The position numbers were made by a program, and so were the translations under genes. DNA of 64,000 nucleotides from positions 64,001 to 128,000 of the forward strand of contig JBHLOY010000008.1 in NCBI GenBank assembly GCA_048939995.1, in the 5' to 3' direction. Below are positions 49,727 through 60,147 of this stretch, in pieces. The notes under the pieces were generated by a model. That model was not told the DNA's origin, did not search any database, and saw only the letters and a program-made list of their open reading frames with translations. Origin of the DNA: Promethearchaeota archaeon. GTDB lineage: Archaea > Asgardarchaeota > Lokiarchaeia > Sigyniarchaeales > SOKP01. Numbering within the stretch: position 1 is the first letter of the stretch; each line of letters begins with the position of its first letter.

Positions 49727-50077
49727 TACCCTGTTATTTTATATTAGACAAAAGTCTAATTATAATATTATAAATGCTCCTAATTTTTATTGGTCATGTT
49801 AAGAGCGATTTATAGTAACTTGACAATTTTATAATTAATGAAATTACAAGAATTTAATTTTACCTAATTAGTAAAAATTTATAAAAAAATTTTAAGAAAT
49901 AGTTAGCTTATCTTATTTTTTGAAGCTTATTGATCTTTATTGATCTTAGGTTAAATATTTTAGTTGTTATTCATTTACTTACAATTAGTAGTTAAGGGTA
50001 AAACCCTAAAAAATAGATGATTTTCAATTTAAATTATAAGAATTAAAGTAATAAATACCGTCTAAATATGTTTAACT

Positions 50078-50923
50078 ATGATTATTTGGATTCTTGAAAG
50101 TGACTCAGGTTCAAAATTGCTGTATAAATCTTTTTTAAAGACTGATGCGGATGAAGATATAGTATCTGGTTTTTTAACAGCATTCCACCATTTTTCGATG
50201 GTAGAATTTCATCAATCTTTGGAATCAATAGAAATGGGAGGGTTGAAGTGGATTTATATATTAGAACCAAAGTACAATTTGCTTTTTGTGGCAGCCGGTA
50301 CAAAAAATGTTAGGACTGAAATTTTAATGGGCAGATTGAATGTGATAAAAGAAGCTTTTATAAAACAGTTTAAACCAACATGGAAAAAAAGAGGTGAAAA
50401 CTGGGATGGAAGCATTAGTGTATTCAAAAGTTTCTTGAATACCATTGAAGATTATTATAAACAATGGGAAGAAGTAGAAACTTTGACTCAAGTCGCTGAT
50501 TTCTTTGATATTCTGGGAGTATTTCAACAAATTTTTATTATACTTAGAAATATAATTGAAAATAGAATGTATACAAAATCCAAGAACTTTATATTAAATA
50601 AAGTAGAGGAAAGATATAAAAATCTAATCGAAAAAGGAGAATTTAAAGATCAACAACACTTAACAAATGTTACCTTCTCTAAAGAAGCATGGTTCAACAT
50701 TATTGATGAAAAATTAATTAAGTGTGAAAAGGAATTAGTTATCAAATTTCTGAAACTTTTACTTTCAGATATTGTCTATACCTTGCAGGATGTTAAAGGA
50801 AGTCATCTATGTTTGAAATACTTCAGTGAAGATAACATCTATGCCTATATTTTTAACAACATGAAATTGTTGAAAGATTTAAATTTAGATTCTTTTATGT
50901 TAGAATTGTTTTTATTATTATAG
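50078..50923 (+). CDS. Longin-domain protein with helical C-terminus
   Basis: MIIWILESDSGSKLLY...DIVSGFLTAFHHFS...LESIEMGGLKWIY. Confidence 0.75.
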   Translation: MIIWILESDSGSKLLYKSFLKTDADEDIVSGFLTAFHHFSMVEFHQSLESIEMGGLKWIYILEPKYNLLFVAAGTKNVRTEILMGRLNVIKEAFIKQFKPTWKKRGENWDGSISVFKSFLNTIEDYYKQWEEVETLTQVADFFDILGVFQQIFIILRNIIENRMYTKSKNFILNKVEERYKNLIEKGEFKDQQHLTNVTFSKEAWFNIIDEKLIKCEKELVIKFLKLLLSDIVYTLQDVKGSHLCLKYFSEDNIYAYIFNNMKLLKDLNLDSFMLELFLLL

Positions 50924-50987
50924 AATTTAAATCTATAATTATTAATAATATTTTTATTAATTAACAGCATTATCTTAAAATATTGAT

Positions 50988-52079
50988 ATGAAGAGATTCA
51001 AATCCATAGACTTTTTAAGAGGGATACACGTTTTTTTGATGATTGTTCTACACTACAGTGAATGGTGGCTAGTAGTAGATGCACAATCGCTAAAAATTTG
51101 GCTATTTCATATTTTTGAACCTATAGGTGCAACAGGGTTCTTATTTATTTCAGGAGTGAGTGCATCTTTATCATATAAGAGTAGTAAAAAAAAACTTACA
51201 AGCACAAGCTTAGATTGGTATAAAATAAAAAATATTTATTTATTAAGAGCTTTAATCCTTTTATTTATTGCATTAATTTATAATTTAATATTATCATTTA
51301 GATTTGGTGATTTGTCAGATATTTGGAGTTGGAATGTACTACAAACCATTGCTGTTTCTCTCATTATTGTATGGCCGCTTTTAAAACTCTCTAAAACTGT
51401 AAGATTAATCGTTGGAATTTCTATAATAATCATTAATCAAGCCTTATTAATTTTTTTAAGCCCCTTTGAGGATCAGTTAAATTTCTATGGCATATTGTTT
51501 CATTTATTATATAATCCCTTACAACAATTTACTATCTTGTCTTTTTTCCCTTTTTTTCTCTTTGGAACTGTTATTGGAGATATTATATTTGGAATCAGCG
51601 CAATGGAGGATGAAAATGAAAGAAGAAGTGCTATAAAAGACACATTTCTTAAAAGTGTCTTAATATTGGGGGGTGGATTAATAGTAATTGGAGTATTATA
51701 TCAATTTCCCTATTTTTTAGAGCGTAATACGTTCCCATCTTTTATCTATTCGATAGGAGTGATTTTAGTGATATTTTCAATTTTAATCTCGATCGAAGAA
51801 TTTAATCTTATTAAGGCTAGGAAAAATTACAATTTTTTCTTCTTTTATTCATATTATTCATTTACTGTTTATTTAGGGCACAATGTATTCTATTTTCTAT
51901 TCTTTAACCAGTTAAATGCTATTAGTTTTTGGATTCCTATTATTCTTACAATGAGTTTTATAACCATTTTAATTAGAATAATTTATAAAAAATTAGGACC
52001 AAAAGCTTCTTTAAAAACAGGAATATCAACATTAAGCTATCTATTGGTAACTAAATTTAATAGGAAAGAAGCACATTAG
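50988..52079 (+). CDS. DUF1624/heparan-alpha-glucosaminide N-acetyltransferase-like membrane protein
   Basis: RFKSIDFLRG..VFLMIVLH; FLFISGVS; WNVLQTIA. Confidence 0.82.
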   Translation: MKRFKSIDFLRGIHVFLMIVLHYSEWWLVVDAQSLKIWLFHIFEPIGATGFLFISGVSASLSYKSSKKKLTSTSLDWYKIKNIYLLRALILLFIALIYNLILSFRFGDLSDIWSWNVLQTIAVSLIIVWPLLKLSKTVRLIVGISIIIINQALLIFLSPFEDQLNFYGILFHLLYNPLQQFTILSFFPFFLFGTVIGDIIFGISAMEDENERRSAIKDTFLKSVLILGGGLIVIGVLYQFPYFLERNTFPSFIYSIGVILVIFSILISIEEFNLIKARKNYNFFFFYSYYSFTVYLGHNVFYFLFFNQLNAISFWIPIILTMSFITILIRIIYKKLGPKASLKTGISTLSYLLVTKFNRKEAH

Positions 52080-52160
52080 TTTAGATTAGAATTATTAATT
52101 TTATAAGATTGCAGAATTGATATAAGAATTTAATTAAAAAAAAAAGTAGATTTCAAAAAT

Positions 52161-53075
52161 TTATGATTTTGGTTTTATTGCTTTCACTTTTATACTAGTA
52201 CTATCAATATCTAATTGATCCAATTCTTTAACTTTTTCAATTTGATCTCCTAATGCTTTTTTGATGTTATCGTCATTGAGCAGAAATTCGTTTGTAGAAA
52301 AATTACTTTGTTCAATAATTTCAATTTCTTGAAACCCGGCTTTTCCAATAGCCTCCAAGTATTTATTTTTCATAATTGCTCCACCAATACAACTTACATA
52401 AGCTTGTGCATTCTTTCTAATAACATCAGGAAGTTCTTTAAGTAGAACAATGTCAGATACCATCACCCTCCCTCCTGGTTTTAAGACGCGATAAGCATCT
52501 CGAAATACTGCTTCTTTATCTGGTGAAAGATTAATAACACAATTTGATATTATAAGATCAATGCTATTATCTGCAACAGGTAGATGTTCAATTTCACCAA
52601 GCCTAAACTCAACATTATCGTAATTACCCTTTTTTGCATTTTCTCGCGCCTTATCAATCATAGCAGGAGTCATATCTACACCAATAACTTTTCCAGTTTT
52701 CCCAACCTTTTTTGCTGCAATAAAGCAATCTAACCCACCTCCTGAACCGAGATCTAAAACGATTTCACCTTCTTTTATGGAGGCATGAGCTGTAGGATTA
52801 CCACACCCTAAAGCTAAATTGGCACCGGATGGAATATTGTTCAAATCTTCTTCTGTATATCCTAATTGTTCGCTATATTTCTTTAAGAATTCATCCCTTT
52901 TATCAGCAGGAATCCTAATTGCTGTACCGCAACTACAAGAATTTTCGATTTTTGTTTTAGCTTCGGGAGATGGTCCGCAACAACTCGAACTCAATTTGCG
53001 GTTTGCAGCAATCGAATACTTCTCTCTTACAATTTTCCTTATATTTTCTATTTCTAAAGGTTTATCTTCTTCCAT
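52161..53075 (-). CDS. arsM: Arsenite S-adenosylmethionine methyltransferase
   Basis: [36 protein letters not shown]. Confidence 0.93.
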   Translation of the reverse strand: MEEDKPLEIENIRKIVREKYSIAANRKLSSSCCGPSPEAKTKIENSCSCGTAIRIPADKRDEFLKKYSEQLGYTEEDLNNIPSGANLALGCGNPTAHASIKEGEIVLDLGSGGGLDCFIAAKKVGKTGKVIGVDMTPAMIDKARENAKKGNYDNVEFRLGEIEHLPVADNSIDLIISNCVINLSPDKEAVFRDAYRVLKPGGRVMVSDIVLLKELPDVIRKNAQAYVSCIGGAIMKNKYLEAIGKAGFQEIEIIEQSNFSTNEFLLNDDNIKKALGDQIEKVKELDQLDIDSTSIKVKAIKPKS

Positions 53076-53205
53076 TTTTATCTTCTTTATTTTCTTTTTA
53101 TAAATTTAAATAGTAGTCTAATATTCCAATTGCTTTGACTACTTTCAAAAAATTTTTTTGAATTACATGTGCCATATGTATCTCACTTTGTTTGATGTTA
53201 TTCAT

Positions 53206-53496
53206 TTACTCACTTTCTCTTCTTACAATAATTTTCAAAGCTGGTCCTAACGCATCTTGGACCATTGGCTCCAGAATATCCGCTTTCATTAAAATTAGGC
53301 AACAAGGTTTCCCTTTTGGTGCTACATTTATAATAGCAAACTTATCGCCTTTTTGAATATTTTCGTTTTCTCTGAGATCTTTTGGTAATAATATTTGTCC
53401 TTTTGCATCTACAGTAACAAGTGCTTCAACTTTACAACATGTGGAATCTGTATTTGGTGAGTCACAAGCACAATTTTGATTTTCTTGTCCGGACAT
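53206..53496 (-). CDS. AbrB/SpoVT-fold protein resembling HgcAB-associated HgcC
   Basis: CCKVEALVTVDAKGQILLPKDLRE...GDKFAII...CCLILMKA. Confidence 0.75.
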   Translation of the reverse strand: MSGQENQNCACDSPNTDSTCCKVEALVTVDAKGQILLPKDLRENENIQKGDKFAIINVAPKGKPCCLILMKADILEPMVQDALGPALKIIVRRESE

Positions 53497-53519
53497 ATTT
53501 TATATAAGAAATTTCTTCC

Positions 53520-53567
53520 TTATAAACTTTTTCCCCGATTTCTGATTTTTCTTATTAATCCTATTTT
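53520..53567 (-). promoter_or_regulatory. TATA box with three upstream 9-bp periodic repeats (promoter of the HgcC-like/arsM genes)
   Basis: TTTATAA (minus strand, 53520-26) 24 nt before the ATG; TCTGATTTT/TCTTATTAA/TCCTATTTT at 53541, 53550 and 53559. Confidence 0.45.
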
Positions 53568-53728
53568 TCACTGTTAAAAAATTTATAGAAAAGGGGGATG
53601 GAAATAAGCTCACTGACTCAACAATCATTAAATTTATTTAGGACCTATAAATCCTTCAATAAGAATTAATCTTTAGATATATAATTTATATAGGAAATAG
53701 ATAAATTGGTCAAAATTAAAAAGTAGAT

Positions 53729-54442
53729 ATGATAAAAGCAATAACTTTTGATCTTTGGAATACTTTGTTCGAAAATAAATCATTCTCGAAAATCAGATTA
53801 GATTTTCTTGAAAATTTCCTACAAAAAAAGAATTATGACTATAACTTCAAAACTATTAAGGATTCCTATGAAAACTCCTTTAAATTTTTAGATTATAAAG
53901 AAAGTGGTTTTGATTTCCATCATATATATATTGAAGAAAGAATCTCAAGTATGGTTAACAAGCTAAAACTTCAAATTTCTGATGCCGAAAAGAAAATTAT
54001 TAAGAAAAATTTGGAGGAGGCTATGTTAAAAGATCCTCCATTATTAAAAAAAAGCGTTAAAAGAACTTTAGAAATTCTTTCAGAAAATTATAAAATTGGT
54101 CTTATTTCAAATACAGGTATTACTCCCGGCTATGTAATAATTGACATTTTTCAAAAATATGATATTCTTAGATATTTTCAAGTTACCATTTTCTCTGATG
54201 AAATCGGCTATTATAAACCACATTCATTATTGTTTGAATATGCTCTTAAGAAGCTCCAAAGTAAACCGGAGCATGCTGTTCATATTGGAGATTTATTACA
54301 TACAGACGTTAAAGGTGCAAAGAGTTATGGGATGCGAGCTATTTGGTTTAACGATACTAATCAAGTAAAAGCACCAGAAATCCAACCGGATTATGAGGTA
54401 AAAGAGATGTTAGAAATAGTAGATATAATTAAAACGTTTTAG
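53729..54442 (+). CDS. HAD-superfamily hydrolase
   Basis: FDLWNTL, ISNTG, KPH, HIGDLLHTDV.GA. Confidence 0.92.
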   Translation: MIKAITFDLWNTLFENKSFSKIRLDFLENFLQKKNYDYNFKTIKDSYENSFKFLDYKESGFDFHHIYIEERISSMVNKLKLQISDAEKKIIKKNLEEAMLKDPPLLKKSVKRTLEILSENYKIGLISNTGITPGYVIIDIFQKYDILRYFQVTIFSDEIGYYKPHSLLFEYALKKLQSKPEHAVHIGDLLHTDVKGAKSYGMRAIWFNDTNQVKAPEIQPDYEVKEMLEIVDIIKTF

Positions 54443-54451
54443 TGATAATAA

Positions 54452-55477
54452 ATGAAAGTAATTGAAGAGATCAATAGAAGAAGAGAAGTAATTGCCTATA
54501 TCTTGTTAATAATTGCTGGAATAATATGGGGGGGAACATGGCCTCTTGGAAGATGGTTGGTCTTTGAAGGTTTTGGACAAACTATCCCTCCATTGATGAT
54601 TGCAACAATCCGATACATTCTAGCAGTTATTTGCTTTTTTCCTCTGCTTAAGCTTCGGGATGGAACGATAAATTGGCAATTTGCAAGAGCAAATTGGAAA
54701 ATTTTAATGTTTATGGGATTAACCTCCGTTACAATATATCAAATAGGCTATCTCTTTGGTGAAATGTTTACTGCAGCAAGTGATGCAAGTATAGTTGTCG
54801 CTACAAATGCCATCTGGGTGGTAATACTTTCTAGTTTTTTCTTAAAAACAGAATTTTTTAGTTGGAAAAAGCTTTTTGGAACCCTTGTAGCATTCACAGC
54901 TGTAATTATCGTTGTAGGGTTCTCTAAGAATATAGAAGTGTCAAATAGAATCTTTGGAGACCTCTTAATATTAATTGGGGCATTTTCCTATGCAACTTAC
55001 ACTATAACCTCACGTGTTTTTTTAAATAAAACTGCTGGTGTACCTGAATCGTACCAACCAAGCTCTTTATGGATAATAACGTGGGTCTCATTTTTTGGTC
55101 TTTTAACAACCGCTCCAATAGCTTTACTTATTAGCCCTCAATATCTTAACCCAATAGAATATTTTACTATTCCTCCTCGTATATGGTTTGGAATTGCATA
55201 CTTAGCATTTCTATCAACTGTCGGAGCATATACGTTTTATCTAGAAGGAGTCAAACGCTTAAATGCTAGCAGAGCAGCAATATTTCAAACACTTGTACCA
55301 TTATTTGGAGTAGTTTTCTCAGCTATATTTCTACAAGAACCTTTTGATGTTTTCGTTTACCCTTTCGCCTTATCTTTAGTAATTCTAGGCATAACGCTTG
55401 TAAATATTTCCCCAAAAAAAACTCAAAGCTTTGATAAGGTCGAAGAAAAGCCTCCACATTTAAAAAATGAAAATTGA
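54452..55477 (+). CDS. DMT/EamA family transporter
   Basis: IWGGTW, 10 TM helices, GDLLIL, two EamA repeats. Confidence 0.9.
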   Translation: MKVIEEINRRREVIAYILLIIAGIIWGGTWPLGRWLVFEGFGQTIPPLMIATIRYILAVICFFPLLKLRDGTINWQFARANWKILMFMGLTSVTIYQIGYLFGEMFTAASDASIVVATNAIWVVILSSFFLKTEFFSWKKLFGTLVAFTAVIIVVGFSKNIEVSNRIFGDLLILIGAFSYATYTITSRVFLNKTAGVPESYQPSSLWIITWVSFFGLLTTAPIALLISPQYLNPIEYFTIPPRIWFGIAYLAFLSTVGAYTFYLEGVKRLNASRAAIFQTLVPLFGVVFSAIFLQEPFDVFVYPFALSLVILGITLVNISPKKTQSFDKVEEKPPHLKNEN

Positions 55478-55530
55478 AAGTCGGTTGTAAATTAATTTAT
55501 TCAAAATAACAAGATTAAAAAAAAGTTAAA

Positions 55531-57657
55531 TTATAATTTTCTTTTCTTTTTACGCCAAATTAACACTAGGGTTGTTATGGCTATAACCGCTCCGACACTA
55601 ATAGTAGAGATCACAATAATGAGTTCAATAGGAATATCTTCATTTTTGGGAATAACCTCAACATTAACAATATCATATGCTAATTTATATGTATTTGAAA
55701 CGTAGATCTCATATTTATATGTACCAACAGAAAGATCATCTAAATCAACAATTATGGGAACATTATTTTGCCAAGTACCTGTTTCATTAGGAGGAGGAGG
55801 AACAAGTAAATATGCTCGATTAATATAGATATCATATGATGGATTTGCAAGCTCTTCAGCAGTTATTATCCAAGTTATATTATTTCCCGTAGAACCCTTT
55901 ATAAATGACATATCTCCTGAACTAATAATATTTATACTATATGAGTCCTTCCATTTATAATAGTAGAAATAAGTCCTTTGTAAGACATTTTGATTAAAAC
56001 CAGTGAGATCAATGTGATGAGCGTCATACATCTTGCTGACATCAAGCCAAGCCATTGGTATAAGTTCTTCAACAAGATATCTTTGAATTTCATTATAAAT
56101 TCCATTCCTTAGAATTGGATCAACTTCTTCTGTCCCTAATTCGATGAGATTTTGAAGATAAGAATCACTGCTAAATCCAAACATCCAACGAAATATTGAA
56201 GAATTTGAGAACATTGAGTTAATATAATTGGAAGGATCATTATAATCAGCAAGCCAACCCCCGACCCAGGTATCAATCCAATTAGAATCTATTTGCATAC
56301 TATCCACCCATGTAATCCAATCTGTTTCTCTCTTACTAAGATTAACGCCTATCGTTCTGAAAGTCCTATTTAGTGAAGTAAAGAGATCCTTATGAAATTG
56401 ATTTGTATTTAATACCCACATTGAAAAATTGAGTTTTCCAGTATCTGCTAAGGCATCCCAATTTGAATCATCTGGTCCTGGATAGCTTGGATTTAGACTA
56501 CTCCCATGTCCTATACTCTGGATAATTTCTCTTGCTTTAGTTATATTAAAGTAAGGATAATTTAAAGTTGCATTAGAATATAAAATCCCTGGAGGAATAG
56601 GAGATTTTAATCTAATTGAAGTCCCTTCATGTAATTCATCAATAATGTCTGTATAATTTACAGCATAAGAAAAAGCTTCACGAAGTGTTTCATTTAATGT
56701 GTTGTAATTAAACACTAAATATCTTGCTAGACTATTTGTTTTTCCATCATCAACGACTACTAAATCTGAATCAGCTTTAAACATATCAATATATGCTGGA
56801 AGGGGGGGATCTATAAAATCAATATTATGCGCCAACATTGCCATATTCAAAGTTATAGGATCAGAAAAGTATGCGAATACCATCCGTTCAATATTGGCTT
56901 TTTCTCTCCAATAACTTTCAAATGCATGAAATCTAGCCTCTAATCCCGAAACATAATATTCAAAAACATAAGGACCAGTACCAATAATTTGATCTGTTCC
57001 TAAATTTAACTTATTAAAAAATGGTGTCGAGTTCATGGACAGCATAGCAAAAGCTGAATGTGTCAATAAGTTAAACACACCAGCATTAGGTTTGGTTAAC
57101 ACTAATTTAATTGCATACTCATTAACAATTTCAACTTTATTGAAGATTGGTGTTATTCCATCTTCCCAATAACCTAGGTAAGTTGCATATCCCAGAATCT
57201 CATAAGAAGGTAATAATCCAGAAATGTTCCACCAATAACTCATTCTATCAAAATTCCACTTTACTACTGTTGAATTGAACTCAGATCCATCATGAAAAGT
57301 GACTCCCTGCCGTAAATATAAAGTAATATTAAGTTCTTCAACTGGCTCTAAATCATAGCCTGTCGCCAATAGCGATAATAATGGCAATGATGGATCAGAA
57401 TAGTTATAAGTGAATAATGTCTCAACTACTTGGTCTATAATGATACTTGAACTACGGTCTGTGCAATCAACAGGATCTAAACTGTTTGGAGCTGAAGATG
57501 AGCCGTACAAAAATGTGTTATCAATGGGAGGAAGATTACTTTTTAAAATTTTATTGAATTCACTTTCTGATTTACTATCTGCTATTCTTATCGTACTATT
57601 AAAGGTAGAGATTAAAAGAAATAAAAATATTACATATAGAATTGCCCTTTTTCTCAT
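55531..57657 (-). CDS. ABC substrate-binding protein family 5 with C-terminal membrane anchor
   Basis: Signal peptide; SLDPVD, LRQGVTFHDG, IGTGPY, GWLADYNDP; C-terminal TM helix plus KKKRKL. Confidence 0.9.
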   Translation of the reverse strand: MRKRAILYVIFLFLLISTFNSTIRIADSKSESEFNKILKSNLPPIDNTFLYGSSSAPNSLDPVDCTDRSSSIIIDQVVETLFTYNYSDPSLPLLSLLATGYDLEPVEELNITLYLRQGVTFHDGSEFNSTVVKWNFDRMSYWWNISGLLPSYEILGYATYLGYWEDGITPIFNKVEIVNEYAIKLVLTKPNAGVFNLLTHSAFAMLSMNSTPFFNKLNLGTDQIIGTGPYVFEYYVSGLEARFHAFESYWREKANIERMVFAYFSDPITLNMAMLAHNIDFIDPPLPAYIDMFKADSDLVVVDDGKTNSLARYLVFNYNTLNETLREAFSYAVNYTDIIDELHEGTSIRLKSPIPPGILYSNATLNYPYFNITKAREIIQSIGHGSSLNPSYPGPDDSNWDALADTGKLNFSMWVLNTNQFHKDLFTSLNRTFRTIGVNLSKRETDWITWVDSMQIDSNWIDTWVGGWLADYNDPSNYINSMFSNSSIFRWMFGFSSDSYLQNLIELGTEEVDPILRNGIYNEIQRYLVEELIPMAWLDVSKMYDAHHIDLTGFNQNVLQRTYFYYYKWKDSYSINIISSGDMSFIKGSTGNNITWIITAEELANPSYDIYINRAYLLVPPPPNETGTWQNNVPIIVDLDDLSVGTYKYEIYVSNTYKLAYDIVNVEVIPKNEDIPIELIIVISTISVGAVIAITTLVLIWRKKKRKL

Positions 57658-57932
57658 TATAATCCTCTTAATTATTTCATTTTAGATTACGTATATGCAC
57701 GAGATATAAAAAACTTAGATAAACGGCTATATAACGATATTGCTTATACATTTTTGTAAATGGCTCAGTAATGATTAGATTCACCCTTGTATTTATATCC
57801 TAAGAGAAAAAATTCCAATTAATGTTAAAAAAAGAAGTTAATTTATAATATTGGTTTTATAGTATAACGTCAATTTTTAAATTAGACTCTGAAATATCTT
57901 AATAAAGATTCTTAAAATATGAGGTTTATATT

Positions 57933-58253
57933 ATGAGTTTAGATTTCAACTTCTACTTAAACTTAATTTGCTCTATTGGAGGCATCATCTTTTTTATATA
58001 CAGCCTATACTTAATTAGGAAAATTAAAAAGTTATTTCCAGGAGGTAAAGTCACTAAAAAATGGCTTCTCAGGCAGAGTTTAATTATTATATTTCTGGCA
58101 GGCTACATTCTAAACATTATATTTCTTTTGTATGATTTAGTTGATTTAGTCGCTATTATGACAGCTTTAGTTTATTTCTTTGGTGGATTATTTGTTTTTA
58201 TTATCATTAAATTAGTTCATAAAACTTATAAAACCATACTTTTATCGAAATAA
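57933..58253 (+). CDS. Small 3-TM membrane protein
   Basis: Three hydrophobic segments; SD GAGGT. Confidence 0.7.
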   Translation: MSLDFNFYLNLICSIGGIIFFIYSLYLIRKIKKLFPGGKVTKKWLLRQSLIIIFLAGYILNIIFLLYDLVDLVAIMTALVYFFGGLFVFIIIKLVHKTYKTILLSK

Positions 58254-58264
58254 TAGAAGAACTT

Positions 58265-58362
58265 TGGATTTTGTCCATAGAAGGCTCTGATTAACCTATT
58301 TAACTGGAATAACTCCATATCTTATAATAGTTTTAATCAGAGTAACTATAATAATTTATAGT
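58265..58362. other. Multi-hairpin intergenic element
   Basis: Perfect 10-bp IR CTCTGATTAA(58285-94)/TTAATCAGAG(58333-42) with inner CTATT/AATAG and TGGA/TCCA stems, plus flanking small hairpins. Confidence 0.55.
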
Positions 58363-58408
58363 AAGTTTGCAACAAGTAGAAAGGACTAATAAGCTAGCAG
58401 TTGATTAA

Positions 58409-58888
58409 TTATGATTTAGGGATAATAATGGAATGATCTTCCTTTATCCTGTCTAAAACGAGCTGGGTTTTTATTTCTTCTACTTCTGGAAGATTACGGA
58501 GATTCTCAATCAGTTTCATAGAATCTTCATGATCAAGACATTTAGCCATTATAAAGATTGGATAATCTCCTGTGATAACATAGGCGTATTTAATTTTATC
58601 CATCCGTTCAATTTCCTCTTTAATTTGCTGAAGTGGTTTCCTTGAATTCACTCGAAGGGACGCAATTACCATCTCCCGATAGTTTAATTTTCGGCAGTCT
58701 ATAATCGCCATGTACTTTTTAATAAAAGTCTCTTCTAATTTCTGAATACGAGCCCTTATTGCCGTCTGGCTCATATTAGTCTGTTCTGCAATTTCTCGAA
58801 TTGTTATTTTACCATCTTCTTGTAATAACTCTAAAATTTGTTTATCAATCGCATCAAGCGTTCCAGGGGTAGAATTTGCTATTACCAT
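58409..58888 (-). CDS. Lrp/AsnC family transcriptional regulator
   Basis: LDAIDKQILELLQEDGKITIREIAEQ HTH; ITGDY RAM domain. Confidence 0.93.
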   Translation of the reverse strand: MVIANSTPGTLDAIDKQILELLQEDGKITIREIAEQTNMSQTAIRARIQKLEETFIKKYMAIIDCRKLNYREMVIASLRVNSRKPLQQIKEEIERMDKIKYAYVITGDYPIFIMAKCLDHEDSMKLIENLRNLPEVEEIKTQLVLDRIKEDHSIIIPKS

Positions 58889-59147
58889 TTAAAAACTCCT
58901 TTTTGAAAAAATTATAATTTATTATAGATCATTAATTATTAATTGCCTTTTATACTTATATTTTTTTTCACTAAGAATCAACTAATAAAAGTTTTATTTC
59001 ACTAATAATGCTTTCGATTGTAAATTATTTAGCTATGATTTAAATATGAGAAAGTATTTTTATCCATAAAGTAATTCACATTTAAATTATTGTGATTGAA
59101 AAAGTTGAAAAAACAGATAAAATAACTAAAAAAGGTGGAAATTTTAA

Positions 59148-59372
59148 ATGTCGGATTTAACACTTGATTGTTTAGGAAAGAAATGTCCAATGCCAGTTTT
59201 AATGACCAAAAAAGAATTGAAGAAGTTGAGTCCAGGTCAGACACTTGAGTTGGTAGTTGATGATAAGGGAGCATTAAAGGATGTACCTGCATTATTGACT
59301 AAAACTGGTGATGAATTGCTTGAAACAAGAGAAGATAATGGTAGAATTACATTCGTGATTAAGAAAGCCTAG
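59148..59372 (+). CDS. tusA: TusA/SirA sulfur carrier
   Basis: LDCLGKKCPMP (CPxP), LELVVDD.GA..DVP. Confidence 0.92.
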   Translation: MSDLTLDCLGKKCPMPVLMTKKELKKLSPGQTLELVVDDKGALKDVPALLTKTGDELLETREDNGRITFVIKKA

Positions 59373-59384
59373 AAAAAGGAGAAC

Positions 59385-59759
59385 ATGAGAATGTCAACAT
59401 ATACTTTCATGATATCTACTGAGCCGTATAAGTTCGAAGCAGTTGATACTTTGCTTAATTTATGTAGAGCAGTGTTACAAAAAGGACATAATATTAAGGG
59501 AATATTTTTTTACGGAAGCGGTGTCTATAATATTAAAAAAGATATTGAAACTGGTATTACTGTTCGTAATTTACCAGCACGTTTGGAAGAATTTATTAAG
59601 GAGAATCAGATTCCAGTCGCTGGGTGTACAACATGGATTGGACTTTGTGGATTAAATGAGCATTGTTTTATTGATGGTGCAAAAGAAGAAGGATTGGGTG
59701 AATTGTCCAATTGGACAGCAGAATCAGATAAACTAATAATGTTTGGAACAGGGGGATAA
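59385..59759 (+). CDS. dsrE: DsrE/TusD-family sulfur relay protein
   Basis: PY...GHNIKGIFFYGSGVYN...AGCTT (conserved Cys)...GLGEL...SDKLIMF. Confidence 0.82.
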   Translation: MRMSTYTFMISTEPYKFEAVDTLLNLCRAVLQKGHNIKGIFFYGSGVYNIKKDIETGITVRNLPARLEEFIKENQIPVAGCTTWIGLCGLNEHCFIDGAKEEGLGELSNWTAESDKLIMFGTGG

Positions 59760-59764
59760 GGAAA

Positions 59765-60133
59765 ATGATCAAATCGGTTGTAATAGTAAGTGACCAATCT
59801 CCAGTCGGAAAAAACTCTGCCATTGAAGCTTTAAGGCTAGGGTCAGGATTTAGGGGATTAGGGGAGGAGATTGACTGCCAGGTGGTACTTATGGGTGATG
59901 CGGTTTACTTATTGAGTAAACACGCAGATCCCTCTAAAATTGGAGTTGATTCTTTTGATGAACCAATGGAAATGGCGGAATTGTCTGATTTAGAAATATC
60001 AGTACTTGACAGCGCTATAAGTGATGCTGGATTAACAAAAGAAGATCTTGTGGAATTTGAGGGTTTAAAGATAATCGATCTCAAAACTCTTGCAGAAATA
60101 ATCGAAAATGCCGATACTACATTTAGATTCTAA
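59765..60133 (+). CDS. dsrF: DsrF/TusC-family protein
   Basis: SPVG..SAIEALRL...VLMGDAVYLL. Confidence 0.78.
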   Translation: MIKSVVIVSDQSPVGKNSAIEALRLGSGFRGLGEEIDCQVVLMGDAVYLLSKHADPSKIGVDSFDEPMEMAELSDLEISVLDSAISDAGLTKEDLVEFEGLKIIDLKTLAEIIENADTTFRF

Positions 60134-60147
60134 GGTGGTGAATAAAA

